This document shows, one piece after another, positions 26,158 through 35,509 of a stretch of 64,000 bases of DNA. A program made the translations under genes and the position numbers. Origin of the DNA: Chlamydiales bacterium (GTDB lineage: Bacteria; Chlamydiota; Chlamydiia; Chlamydiales; SM23-39); the NCBI GenBank assembly GCA_028278035.1, contig JANQFC010000077.1:73323-137322 (forward strand). Reading direction: 5' to 3'. The notes beneath the pieces are model-generated. The model was not told the origin of the DNA. It did not search any database and saw nothing but the letters and a program-made list of their open reading frames with translations. The stretch's first letter is position 1. Each line of letters begins with the position of its first letter.

Positions 26158-27907
26158 GATTATATATTAAAGCCTTAACAGGATCTAAATAAACAATTTC
26201 ATCATCATTTAATATCTCAAAAGCGCTCTTGGCCCTTATTATTACAGGAATCTTATATTTTTCTGCAAAAGACAATACTTTATTTTCACTAGTCACATCT
26301 ACTTCATTATTTTGGAGAATAACTCCTTTTGAATTTTTGATTATCTCCTCATAAGAGTCTTCACACTGTTTAATCACAATAATTTTATCTTTAGCTTTCA
26401 AAGCTGTCTCTTTATCTATCAGCATAAATTTATAAATCTGCGCTTTTATCTTACCTCCTATTCCTTTTTGCCCTCTAACTAATATATTACCAATACTTTC
26501 TACTACCATTAGATTCGTAAAAGCTCTTTTATCAAAAGGAAAACTGGAAATTAAAACTACCAAATCTCCAAAACTCAATACATTACTATTTGTTGCAAAA
26601 TCACTCATAATAGATACAGCTTCTCTTTCTGTTTTCCAATCAGGTGCATATACAGGCATTACCCCCCAATTAAAAGCTAATTGATTATATTTTTTTTCAT
26701 TTCGAGTAAGAACTACTATCGGCATCTGTGGCCGCAGTCTGGTAAGCAGTCTTGCAGTAAAACCTGTTTTGGTCACAGCAAATATAGCAGCAGCCCTACA
26801 GCTGTATGCTGTTTTCACAGTAGAAATTGACACAGCTGTAGCAATATCTTCATATTCCACATGAGCCTGTTTATAAAAAAAACTTTTATAATCAAAATCC
26901 TGTTCTGCTTCATGTATTATTTTTTTCATCTGTTCTACTGTTTCTACGGGGTATTTTCCTGCTGCGGTCTCCGCCGAAAGCATTACAGCGGAAGCGCTGT
27001 CATATATTGCATTTGCCACATCAGATACTTCTGCTCTTGTCGGCCTTGGATTGGATATCATAGATTCTAACATTTGCGTGGCAATTACGACAGGCTTACA
27101 TGCCGTATAACACTTTGATACCATAATTTTTTGAAGTTTTGGAACCAAACTTAAATCCACTTCAACACCCAGATCTCCCCTAGCTACCATAATACCGTCA
27201 GCCGCATCAGCAATTTGTTCAAAATTATCTACTCCTTCAGAGCTTTCAATTTTAGCTATTACTAAAACGTCTTTTTTATTTTCTTTTTCCAGTATCTTTT
27301 TTATTTGAAAAACATGATCAGCAGATCGGATAAAAGAAGCTGCAACAATATCAATATCATAAGAGCAACCAAATTTTAAATCTTCTATATCCTGTTTGGT
27401 GACAGCTTCCAAAGGAAGCTTGACATTGGGAATATTTACACTTTTCTGATTTTTTAAAATTCCTGAGTTTTGAACTTCTACTAAAATATGATCATCTTTT
27501 TTTTCTAAAACTTTGGATATAATATATCCGTCGTCAAATAATATTTTTTGAGAAGGTTTGACAACATCCAAAACCTTAAACGGATTAATAGGAACCTCAT
27601 CATCTGCTTTAGCATCATTAGCTACTAATTTCAGTTTTTGTTTTGGCTTAACCTCCAGCTGATTATTTTTTAATATTCCCAATCTTATCTCAGGCCCTTT
27701 GGTATCCAGCATTATAGCCAAAGGACTTTTCAAAATTTTTCTAGCTTCTTTTACATTATTAATAATTTCTAAGTGTTCCTGATGAGTTCCATGACTACAG
27801 TTGATCCTAGCTACGTTCATGCCGGCTTTGCCTAAAGCAAGGATTTTTTCTAAAGATCTAGTCGCCGGTCCTATAGTGCATATTATCTTGGTATGAGTGT
27901 AAATCAA
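26138..27907 (-). CDS. pyk: Pyruvate kinase with a C-terminal PEP-utiliser-like domain
   Basis: TTG start. Motifs are KIICTIGPA, MVARGDLGVE and MLSAETA. An extra ~110-aa C-terminal domain is present. Confidence 0.9.
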   Translation of the reverse strand: MIYTHTKIICTIGPATRSLEKILALGKAGMNVARINCSHGTHQEHLEIINNVKEARKILKSPLAIMLDTKGPEIRLGILKNNQLEVKPKQKLKLVANDAKADDEVPINPFKVLDVVKPSQKILFDDGYIISKVLEKKDDHILVEVQNSGILKNQKSVNIPNVKLPLEAVTKQDIEDLKFGCSYDIDIVAASFIRSADHVFQIKKILEKENKKDVLVIAKIESSEGVDNFEQIADAADGIMVARGDLGVEVDLSLVPKLQKIMVSKCYTACKPVVIATQMLESMISNPRPTRAEVSDVANAIYDSASAVMLSAETAAGKYPVETVEQMKKIIHEAEQDFDYKSFFYKQAHVEYEDIATAVSISTVKTAYSCRAAAIFAVTKTGFTARLLTRLRPQMPIVVLTRNEKKYNQLAFNWGVMPVYAPDWKTEREAVSIMSDFATNSNVLSFGDLVVLISSFPFDKRAFTNLMVVESIGNILVRGQKGIGGKIKAQIYKFMLIDKETALKAKDKIIVIKQCEDSYEEIIKNSKGVILQNNEVDVTSENKVLSFAEKYKIPVIIRAKSAFEILNDDEIVYLDPVKALIYNPTEDNA

Positions 27908-27988
27908 AATTTTTACCTTTTGCTATAAATTTCAAAATCTTATAATTAGTTATATGTTAACATCTCTTAACTTAGAATTATAAGAAAA

Positions 27989-30900
27989 TTGAATAATCGT
28001 CAAATTGTTTTAAAAAAAGTTAAGGTTCACAATCTAAAAAATGTAGATTTGACCTTAAATCCTTTTGAGATCATTGTGTTTACCGGAGTTTCTGGCTCCG
28101 GCAAATCATCTTTGGCTTTTGATACGATTTTTGTTGAAGGTCAAAGAAGGTATATTGAATCGTTGTCCCATAGTGCAAAAAGATACTTAAATGAAATGTC
28201 CAAACCTGATGTTCAAACAATTAGCGGGCTATCTCCTACAATTGCAATAGAACAGAAAACTGTGTTAAAAACTCCCCGATCTACAGTTGGGACTATTACG
28301 GGAATTTATGATTTTTTAAGGGTTTTATTTGCTAAAGTAGCTACTGCTTATTGCCCAATCAGCGGCGAGGCTATCAAAACTCAAAGCAGAGAAAAAATCT
28401 TAAAATCAATAGAACTTCAATATAAAAATAAAAAAATATTTATATTAAGTCCTTACATCAATAACAAAAAAAGCTCTTTTAAAGAAGAGTTTTTAGACCT
28501 TCAAAAAAAGGGCTACAGCAGAATAAGAGTAGATAAAAAAATATATATTTTAGATGAAATCACCCCTTTAGACCCAAAAAAAAGCCACTCATTAGATATT
28601 GTTATTGATAGGTTAGAAGTATCTGAAAATAATCTATCTCGTTTGAAAGAATCGGTAAACTTATCGATGGAAGTATCAAAAGGCTCTGTAATTATTGTAG
28701 AGGCGAAATCTAATGAAGAAAAATATTATTCAGAACATGGCTTCAGTAAAAAATCAAACACTTCCTACCCCCCTCTGACAATCCAAGACTTTTCTTTTAA
28801 CCACCCTTCTGGTATGTGTCCAAAATGTCAAGGCCTTGGAGAAGTTTTTGAGTTTGACTTAGAAAAAATCATAGACCCTAATCTTTCTATTTCTGAAGAC
28901 TGTTGTAAAATAGCCGGTCACTATAATACAGTCAGATATAAAAATATCTACGAAAATTTAGCAAAACTATATAAGTTCAGCACAAAAACTGCATGGAAAG
29001 ATTTATCTGAAAAAGCAAAAAAAATCCTTTTATACGGAACTGACACAAAATGGACCAAAATGCGTTTTATTCACTTAAGAAAAAAAATAAAATGGACCGA
29101 ATATGTATCTTGGAAAGGAATTCTCTTCGAGGCACATAAAAGATTAAATGAAGCGAAAAGCGATATCTATAGAAAAAACATACAATCATTAATGAGCCAA
29201 ATGACATGTCCTTCCTGCAATGGCTCTAGAATAAAAAAATATCCGTCTGCTGCAAAACTTGACAATTTGACAATCTCGAAAATTACCCAATTAAATGCAG
29301 AAAAATGTTTACAGTTCTTCGAACAAATAAAACTTGAAAAAGAAGAGCTTTTTATAGCAAAAGATTTATTGATAGAGATCAAAAAAAAGCTTAAATTTTT
29401 AATAAATGTAGGGTTACAATATTTAACAATAGACAGAATTTCACCAACCCTCAGCGGCGGAGAATCTCAAAGAGTAAGACTAGCCTCTCAACTCGGCTGC
29501 TCATTATCAGGAGCCACATATATTTTAGATGAACCGTCCATAGGGCTTCATCCATTTGATCATAACAAACTTATCGGCACTTTAATAGATTTAAAAAATG
29601 CTAAAAATACAGTGATAATAGTTGAACATGACAAAGATACGATAGAATCTGCTGATCAAATAGTGGATATTGGACCATATGCCGGAAAAATAGGAGGGGA
29701 AATAATAGCACAAGGATCTATTGATGACATCATCAAATCAAAAAGGTCCATAACTGGAAAATATTTTTCTCATCAAAAAACTATTTCCTTAAATAAATAT
29801 AGAAAAATTTCTTCAAAAAAAATAACTCTAACCCAAGCAAGCTTAAATAATTTAAAAAATGTTGATATAACCATACCGACAAAAGCATTTATTTGTATAA
29901 CAGGAGTATCAGGCTCTGGTAAATCCTCATTGATATCGGACACTTTTTTCCCAGCAATTTCAAATATATTGCAAAAAAGCACTCTTAATTGCGGAAAATA
30001 TAAAAATATATCAGGTTTGGAAAATATTAAAAAAATAATCTTCGTAGACCAAGCTCCAATCGGTAGAACAATCAGGTCCAATCCAGCTACCTATATTAAA
30101 TTGTTTGATGACATAAGACTGTTTTTTTCTAATCTTCCAAAATCAAAAATGAAAGGATTTACCCCCTCTCATTTTAGTTTTAATGTTAAAGAGGGTACCT
30201 GCCCGTATTGCAAAGGACTTGGAAAAGTCAAAATAGATATGGACTTTTTAGAAGATGTATTTTCCACTTGTCACCAATGTCATGGCAAAAGATTCGATCC
30301 TGATATTTTATCTGTTACATACAAAGATAAAAGCATTTTTGATGTATTAGAAATGGACGTTGACGAGGCTTTAGATATTTTTGTAAATATTCCTCAAATC
30401 AAAAAGAAACTACATGTACTTCAAAAAGTTGGACTGGGTTATATGCCTATCGGACAAAGCGCAACAACCCTATCGGGCGGTGAAGCCCAAAGAATAAAAC
30501 TTGCAAAAGAACTTGTCAGACCCTCCGGTGATACCCTGTACATCTTAGATGAGCCTACAACCGGACTGCATTTTCATGACATTGAAAAACTCCTTCAAAT
30601 ACTTCAAGAGCTTGTAGACCATAATAATACTGTATTAGTAATAGAACATAACATGGACTTTGTAAAAAATGCAGATTACATAATAGATATGGGACCAGGT
30701 GCTGGAACAGATGGAGGAAAAATAATCTTTCAAGGAGCTTTTAAAGATATTTTATCTAAAAAAACTAAAACGGCAATTTATTTAAACAAAGCTTTAAAAG
30801 AAACAAGGTATATACAAAAAAAACCAAAGCAGTTAAAAAAATATCCGCAAGAAATAATAATTGAAAACGCATATCAAAATAATCTTAAAAACATCAATTT

Positions 30901-33625
30901 AAAAATACCTCATGGGCAAATGACCGTCTTTACCGGACCTTCCGGCTCCGGAAAAACTTCTCTTGCTTTCGATACTATATATGCAGAAGGACAGATTAGA
31001 TATATGGAAGCTCTGCCTTCTTATACAAGACAGTTCTTAAAACAAATCCCCCGCCCTAATATTGATAAAATCGATAATTTATTCCCATGTATTGCACTCG
31101 AGCAAAAAGGCCACCTTTTATCCCCCCGATCTACAGTTGGAACTATTACAGAAATATATGATCATTTAAGGTTGTTATATTCTCATTTAGGTATAGCTTA
31201 CTGCCCTGAAACCCATGAAAAAATAAAAACAATTTCAAAAGATTTTGTGGTTGATAAAGTTCTGTCTTATAAAGAAGGCGAAAAAATTCAAATTTTATCC
31301 CCTATCGAAATTGAAAACGACTCTTTTGAAGATCTTTTACAAAAGTATATTGCAAAAGGTTTTTTAAGAATTCGGATAAATAACGCTTACTATGAAATTG
31401 ATGAAAAAATACCTTTTGATACCAGCATAAAGAATAAAATATATTTGGTCATAGATCGGCTAAAAGTAGCCAAAAATATTAAAGCAAGGTTGTTTGAGGC
31501 TGTAAAAACAGCAGCGGATATATCTGATGGAAAAATCATAATAGCAAAAGAAAAAGAAGATGTGTTTTTTAATTTATCTTTTGCTGTAGAGTCTACCGGT
31601 AAGTCATATCCTAAAATCACACCTCAAAGTTTTTCATTTAACTCAGAAAAAGGCATGTGCTTAGACTGTCAGGGCCTCGGCTATAATTACGGGTTTGATA
31701 TTTTATCTAATTCAGAATTTTTAGATTCTGCCATAGAAGATATTGCATATATATTTTTCGATGATAATGAGCTGGAGCTGATAAATGATTATTTTTCTTC
31801 CATAAATATCAATACAGAAATTCCTTTAAAAGATTTGTCTACAAAAGAGCTTAATATTTTTTTATACGGATTTGAAAAACCATATAAATATAAAAAGAAT
31901 TTTTCTTTTATCTGGAAAGGAATAAACAAAACCCTGGCAACCCTGGCAAGACATAGTCTTGGCCATATAAAAGAATCCTTATATTTCTACATGGAAAAAA
32001 ACACTTGTTCAACCTGTGCTGGACAAAGACTAAATCCTTTGTCTCAAAACGTTTTGATCAATAAATTATCCATAGTCGATTTATGCGCTCTTAGCATTAA
32101 AGATGCTTCTGAATTTATTAAAAGTATCAAACTAACAGATGCTCAAAAACCAATTTTATCCGACACACTTCAAGAAATACAAAATCATCTGGGATTTTTA
32201 CTTGAAATTGGCCTTGATTATTTATCTTTGGACAGATCAGCACCAACTCTTAGCGGCGGTGAAATGCAAAGAATAAGGCTATCCAAACAGTTAGGTTCTT
32301 TTTTAACATCATGTATCTATATTTTAGATGAGCCTACAATAGGACTGCATCCCCACAACAGTTATCTTCTTGTTAATGCGCTTAAAAAATTAAAAAATCT
32401 TGGCAATACTTTAATTTTAGTGGAACACGATCCTATTATTATAAAAAAAGCAGATTACATATATGATTTTGGCCCTCAAGCAGGAGAAGAAGGCGGTAAA
32501 ATAACAGCTCACGGTAGCTTAAAAGAAATACTAAAAAATCCCAAATCATTAACCGGAAATTATTTATCTAATAAAAAGCAAATCCCAATCCCTGCTGCCA
32601 GAAGAAATATTGCAAACAAACCCCTTACCATCAAAAACGCCTGCTTACATAATTTAAAAAATATTTCCGTTGCACTTCCAATAAATGCTATTACCTGTAT
32701 ATCCGGAGTTTCCGGCTCTGGAAAATCTACTTTAATCAATCAAATACTAAAACCAGCAGCAACACTTGGTTTAAAACAAAATAAAGATGAAGTTAAATAT
32801 CCTTACGCAAAAATTAAAGGCATTAAAAATTTTGAAAAATTAATTGTATTAGATCAATCTCCCATAGGACAAACCAAGAGAGCCGATGTTGGAACCTATT
32901 CTGACATTATGCCACATATTAGAAGTTTTTATTCTAATATGAAACTTGCCAAAGCAAAAGGATTAAAACCAAGACACTTCAGTTACAACCACATTCAAGG
33001 AATGTGTAGAAACTGTTGGGGAATAGGATATAAGAACATAACACTTTCCTATCTTCCTCCCGTCAGAGTAAAATGTGATGTCTGCCACGGTCAAAAATTA
33101 AATCCAAGAAGTCTTGAAGTAAAATATAAAAACAAAAGTTTAGGAGATGTTTTAGATCTTACCATCAACGAAGCTTTAGAGTTTTTTGAAGTAGTGCCTC
33201 AAATAGTTAAAAAACTAAACATCTTAATAGACACAGGACTTGGTTATTTAAAGTTAGGTCAGGAATTGAGCTCTCTGTCCGGTGGAGAAGCTCAAAGAAT
33301 AAGATTGTCAAAAGAACTAGCAAAAAGAAGCTTAAAAAATAATCTCTATTTATTAGACGAACCATCTATTGGCTTGCATAGCATAGATATAGAAAAACTC
33401 TTAAAGATCTTTCATAAACTAGCTGATAAAAACAACACTCTTATTATTATAGAGCACAATTTGGATATCATCGCGAATGCCGACTACATTATAGATCTGG
33501 GACCCGACGCAGGAGAAAAAGGCGGCGAAGTTATAACGTCTAAACCTCCAGAAGAATTCATAAAAGAACAATCATATACAGCAAAATATCTTAAAGAAAT
33601 TTTAAAAAATAGTCACATTAGATAA
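27989..33625 (+). CDS. uvrA: Excinuclease ABC subunit A, tandem-duplicated (two complete UvrA units in one ORF)
   Basis: 1878 aa. There are four Walker A sites (GVSGSGKSS x2, GPSGSGKTS, GVSGSGKST) and four signatures (LSGGESQR, LSGGEAQR, LSGGEMQR, LSGGEAQR). Eight CxxC zinc-module pairs are visible. Confidence 0.9.
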   Translation: MNNRQIVLKKVKVHNLKNVDLTLNPFEIIVFTGVSGSGKSSLAFDTIFVEGQRRYIESLSHSAKRYLNEMSKPDVQTISGLSPTIAIEQKTVLKTPRSTVGTITGIYDFLRVLFAKVATAYCPISGEAIKTQSREKILKSIELQYKNKKIFILSPYINNKKSSFKEEFLDLQKKGYSRIRVDKKIYILDEITPLDPKKSHSLDIVIDRLEVSENNLSRLKESVNLSMEVSKGSVIIVEAKSNEEKYYSEHGFSKKSNTSYPPLTIQDFSFNHPSGMCPKCQGLGEVFEFDLEKIIDPNLSISEDCCKIAGHYNTVRYKNIYENLAKLYKFSTKTAWKDLSEKAKKILLYGTDTKWTKMRFIHLRKKIKWTEYVSWKGILFEAHKRLNEAKSDIYRKNIQSLMSQMTCPSCNGSRIKKYPSAAKLDNLTISKITQLNAEKCLQFFEQIKLEKEELFIAKDLLIEIKKKLKFLINVGLQYLTIDRISPTLSGGESQRVRLASQLGCSLSGATYILDEPSIGLHPFDHNKLIGTLIDLKNAKNTVIIVEHDKDTIESADQIVDIGPYAGKIGGEIIAQGSIDDIIKSKRSITGKYFSHQKTISLNKYRKISSKKITLTQASLNNLKNVDITIPTKAFICITGVSGSGKSSLISDTFFPAISNILQKSTLNCGKYKNISGLENIKKIIFVDQAPIGRTIRSNPATYIKLFDDIRLFFSNLPKSKMKGFTPSHFSFNVKEGTCPYCKGLGKVKIDMDFLEDVFSTCHQCHGKRFDPDILSVTYKDKSIFDVLEMDVDEALDIFVNIPQIKKKLHVLQKVGLGYMPIGQSATTLSGGEAQRIKLAKELVRPSGDTLYILDEPTTGLHFHDIEKLLQILQELVDHNNTVLVIEHNMDFVKNADYIIDMGPGAGTDGGKIIFQGAFKDILSKKTKTAIYLNKALKETRYIQKKPKQLKKYPQEIIIENAYQNNLKNINLKIPHGQMTVFTGPSGSGKTSLAFDTIYAEGQIRYMEALPSYTRQFLKQIPRPNIDKIDNLFPCIALEQKGHLLSPRSTVGTITEIYDHLRLLYSHLGIAYCPETHEKIKTISKDFVVDKVLSYKEGEKIQILSPIEIENDSFEDLLQKYIAKGFLRIRINNAYYEIDEKIPFDTSIKNKIYLVIDRLKVAKNIKARLFEAVKTAADISDGKIIIAKEKEDVFFNLSFAVESTGKSYPKITPQSFSFNSEKGMCLDCQGLGYNYGFDILSNSEFLDSAIEDIAYIFFDDNELELINDYFSSININTEIPLKDLSTKELNIFLYGFEKPYKYKKNFSFIWKGINKTLATLARHSLGHIKESLYFYMEKNTCSTCAGQRLNPLSQNVLINKLSIVDLCALSIKDASEFIKSIKLTDAQKPILSDTLQEIQNHLGFLLEIGLDYLSLDRSAPTLSGGEMQRIRLSKQLGSFLTSCIYILDEPTIGLHPHNSYLLVNALKKLKNLGNTLILVEHDPIIIKKADYIYDFGPQAGEEGGKITAHGSLKEILKNPKSLTGNYLSNKKQIPIPAARRNIANKPLTIKNACLHNLKNISVALPINAITCISGVSGSGKSTLINQILKPAATLGLKQNKDEVKYPYAKIKGIKNFEKLIVLDQSPIGQTKRADVGTYSDIMPHIRSFYSNMKLAKAKGLKPRHFSYNHIQGMCRNCWGIGYKNITLSYLPPVRVKCDVCHGQKLNPRSLEVKYKNKSLGDVLDLTINEALEFFEVVPQIVKKLNILIDTGLGYLKLGQELSSLSGGEAQRIRLSKELAKRSLKNNLYLLDEPSIGLHSIDIEKLLKIFHKLADKNNTLIIIEHNLDIIANADYIIDLGPDAGEKGGEVITSKPPEEFIKEQSYTAKYLKEILKNSHIR

Positions 33626-33637
33626 AGTAAGACAAGC

Positions 33638-33871
33638 CTAAAAAATTTCTTCCATAATTGCAGGTAATGGATTATAAAAAATTCTTTCTTCAGGTTGTAA
33701 AAGACTATTTGCCTGCAAAAACAAAACTGCATGTAAATTAATAGAGGAATAATTCTGCATATTTTGAATAGATCTTTCCACTACTGCAGTTATTCTATCA
33801 AGAATATATGGTTCTATCCTATTAAAATCCCCTCTCTGCATAACGAGACCTAGCAACCTTACTGCAGCCAT
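33638..33871 (-). CDS. Hypothetical small protein (77 aa)
   Basis: It is an ORF only, with no recognisable motif, and fills the gap after uvrA. Confidence 0.3.
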   Translation of the reverse strand: MAAVRLLGLVMQRGDFNRIEPYILDRITAVVERSIQNMQNYSSINLHAVLFLQANSLLQPEERIFYNPLPAIMEEIF

Positions 33872-34021
33872 ATAATAACTTCCTGTTTTTATTGATTAAA
33901 CTTTCAAAGTATAATTACACACACAAATAAAATACATTATTAAAAAAATTATTACTTTATGAAAAATAATTTTATTTTTAGACTACAAATAGAAGGCTTA
34001 GAAATATAAAAGGAGAAAACA

Positions 34022-34396
34022 ATGGCAAAACCTATCTTGTCAAAAAAGAAAGCCCATATACTTTCTTTTGCTCTATTTTTAATTGGACTTGCATTAATAA
34101 TTTATTTCAACTATTGGTGGCCTGGTATAATGTTAGCACTGGGTATTCCTCTGGCTTTGAGACAATATCTTTTAGGCAGAAGACTGGACATGATTATTTC
34201 ACTGGTAGTCTTTTTAGGCGCCTTTATAGTGATCCAGTTTAAGATACAATGGGAGATCATATTACCTGTACTGCTAACAGTTGGAGCTATATACATATTC
34301 TTTAAAGAATTTTTTGGACCAAAAGAAATAGATGAAGCCGAAGAAGAAGAAGAGTTAAATAAAGAAATTGAAGAAGACGAAGAGCATCACAGTTAA
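34022..34396 (+). CDS. Small integral membrane protein with an acidic C-terminal tail
   Basis: SD AAGGAG lies upstream. The protein has 3-4 hydrophobic segments and the tail EIDEAEEEEELNKEIEEDEEHHS. Confidence 0.5.
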   Translation: MAKPILSKKKAHILSFALFLIGLALIIYFNYWWPGIMLALGIPLALRQYLLGRRLDMIISLVVFLGAFIVIQFKIQWEIILPVLLTVGAIYIFFKEFFGPKEIDEAEEEEELNKEIEEDEEHHS

Positions 34397-35388
34397 ATTA
34401 AATGCATAGCCTCTTTTACTTGTTTTAAAGTTTGAGAGGCTTTTTTTTCAGCGATTATAGACCCTTGTAAAATTATATCCATCACATAATCTTTATCTTT
34501 TTCCAATTCTTTTCTTTTCTGCCTTATAGGTTCCAGTAAATTATCAAGCACTTCAAAAAGTCTTTTTTTGCAAACAACATCACCAAGACCACCTCTTTGG
34601 TAATGCTCTTTCATTTCCCGCAGTTTTTCTTTATCTTCATCAAAAACATCTAAATATGTAAAAACAGGATTGCCTTCTACTTTTCCCGGATCTTCTACTC
34701 TTAAATGATTTGGATCTGTATACATACTCATAACTTTTTTTCTAACAACTTCCTGAGGATCTGACAAATAAATAGCATTATTTAAAGATTTGCTCATTTT
34801 TGCACTGCCATCGATTCCCGGCAATCTGGAAACTTTAGGAACCACGGCTTCCACTTCTTTTAAAACATCTTTTTTATAAATCCTATTGAACTTCTTTACT
34901 ATCTCGTTAGTTTGTTCGATCATTGGGAACTGATCATCTCCTACAGGCACAACATCCGCTTTAAAAGCAGTAATATCCGCTGCTTGAGAGACAGGATATA
35001 CCATAAACCCGGCAGGAGTAGCATCTTGAAATCTTTTTTGTTTTATTTCCTGTTTAACAGTCGGATTATGTTTTAGCCTGTTCCAGGTAACCAAATTTAA
35101 AAAATAACAAGTCATTTCAGCAATCTGAGGAATTTTCGACTGCAAAAAAATAACTGATTTCTTAGGATCAATTCCTACAGATAAATAATCTATTGTAACT
35201 TCTAAAATATTTTTTCTTATAACTTCAGGCCTATCATAATAATCAGTTAATGCCTGAAGATCTGCAATAATAATATTTTGATCATATTCATTCTGCATTT
35301 TAACTCTATTTGCTACAGAACCAACATAATGACCTATATGAAGAGGACCTGTTGGCCTATCACCTGTAAGAATAATTTTCTTTTTCAT
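34393..35388 (-). CDS. trpS: Tryptophan--tRNA ligase
   Basis: The HIGH motif is TGPLHIGHY and KMSKS is present. Confidence 0.95.
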   Translation of the reverse strand: MKKKIILTGDRPTGPLHIGHYVGSVANRVKMQNEYDQNIIIADLQALTDYYDRPEVIRKNILEVTIDYLSVGIDPKKSVIFLQSKIPQIAEMTCYFLNLVTWNRLKHNPTVKQEIKQKRFQDATPAGFMVYPVSQAADITAFKADVVPVGDDQFPMIEQTNEIVKKFNRIYKKDVLKEVEAVVPKVSRLPGIDGSAKMSKSLNNAIYLSDPQEVVRKKVMSMYTDPNHLRVEDPGKVEGNPVFTYLDVFDEDKEKLREMKEHYQRGGLGDVVCKKRLFEVLDNLLEPIRQKRKELEKDKDYVMDIILQGSIIAEKKASQTLKQVKEAMHLI

Positions 35389-35509
35389 AATTAACCTTTT
35401 TTTTAAATATAATATAATAATAAAAAATGTTTTTCAAATTTTTATAAAAAAAACTTTTGCAAAAAAATATCCTTGACAAACTGATATTTTTGAAATAAAA
35501 CCATCACAT

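Noticed and set aside
33638-33871. Possible hidden function, such as an antitoxin or small regulator, for the 77-aa ORF after uvrA.
   Set aside because: It has no partner gene, no motif and no clear SD. I kept it only as a low-confidence hypothetical CDS.
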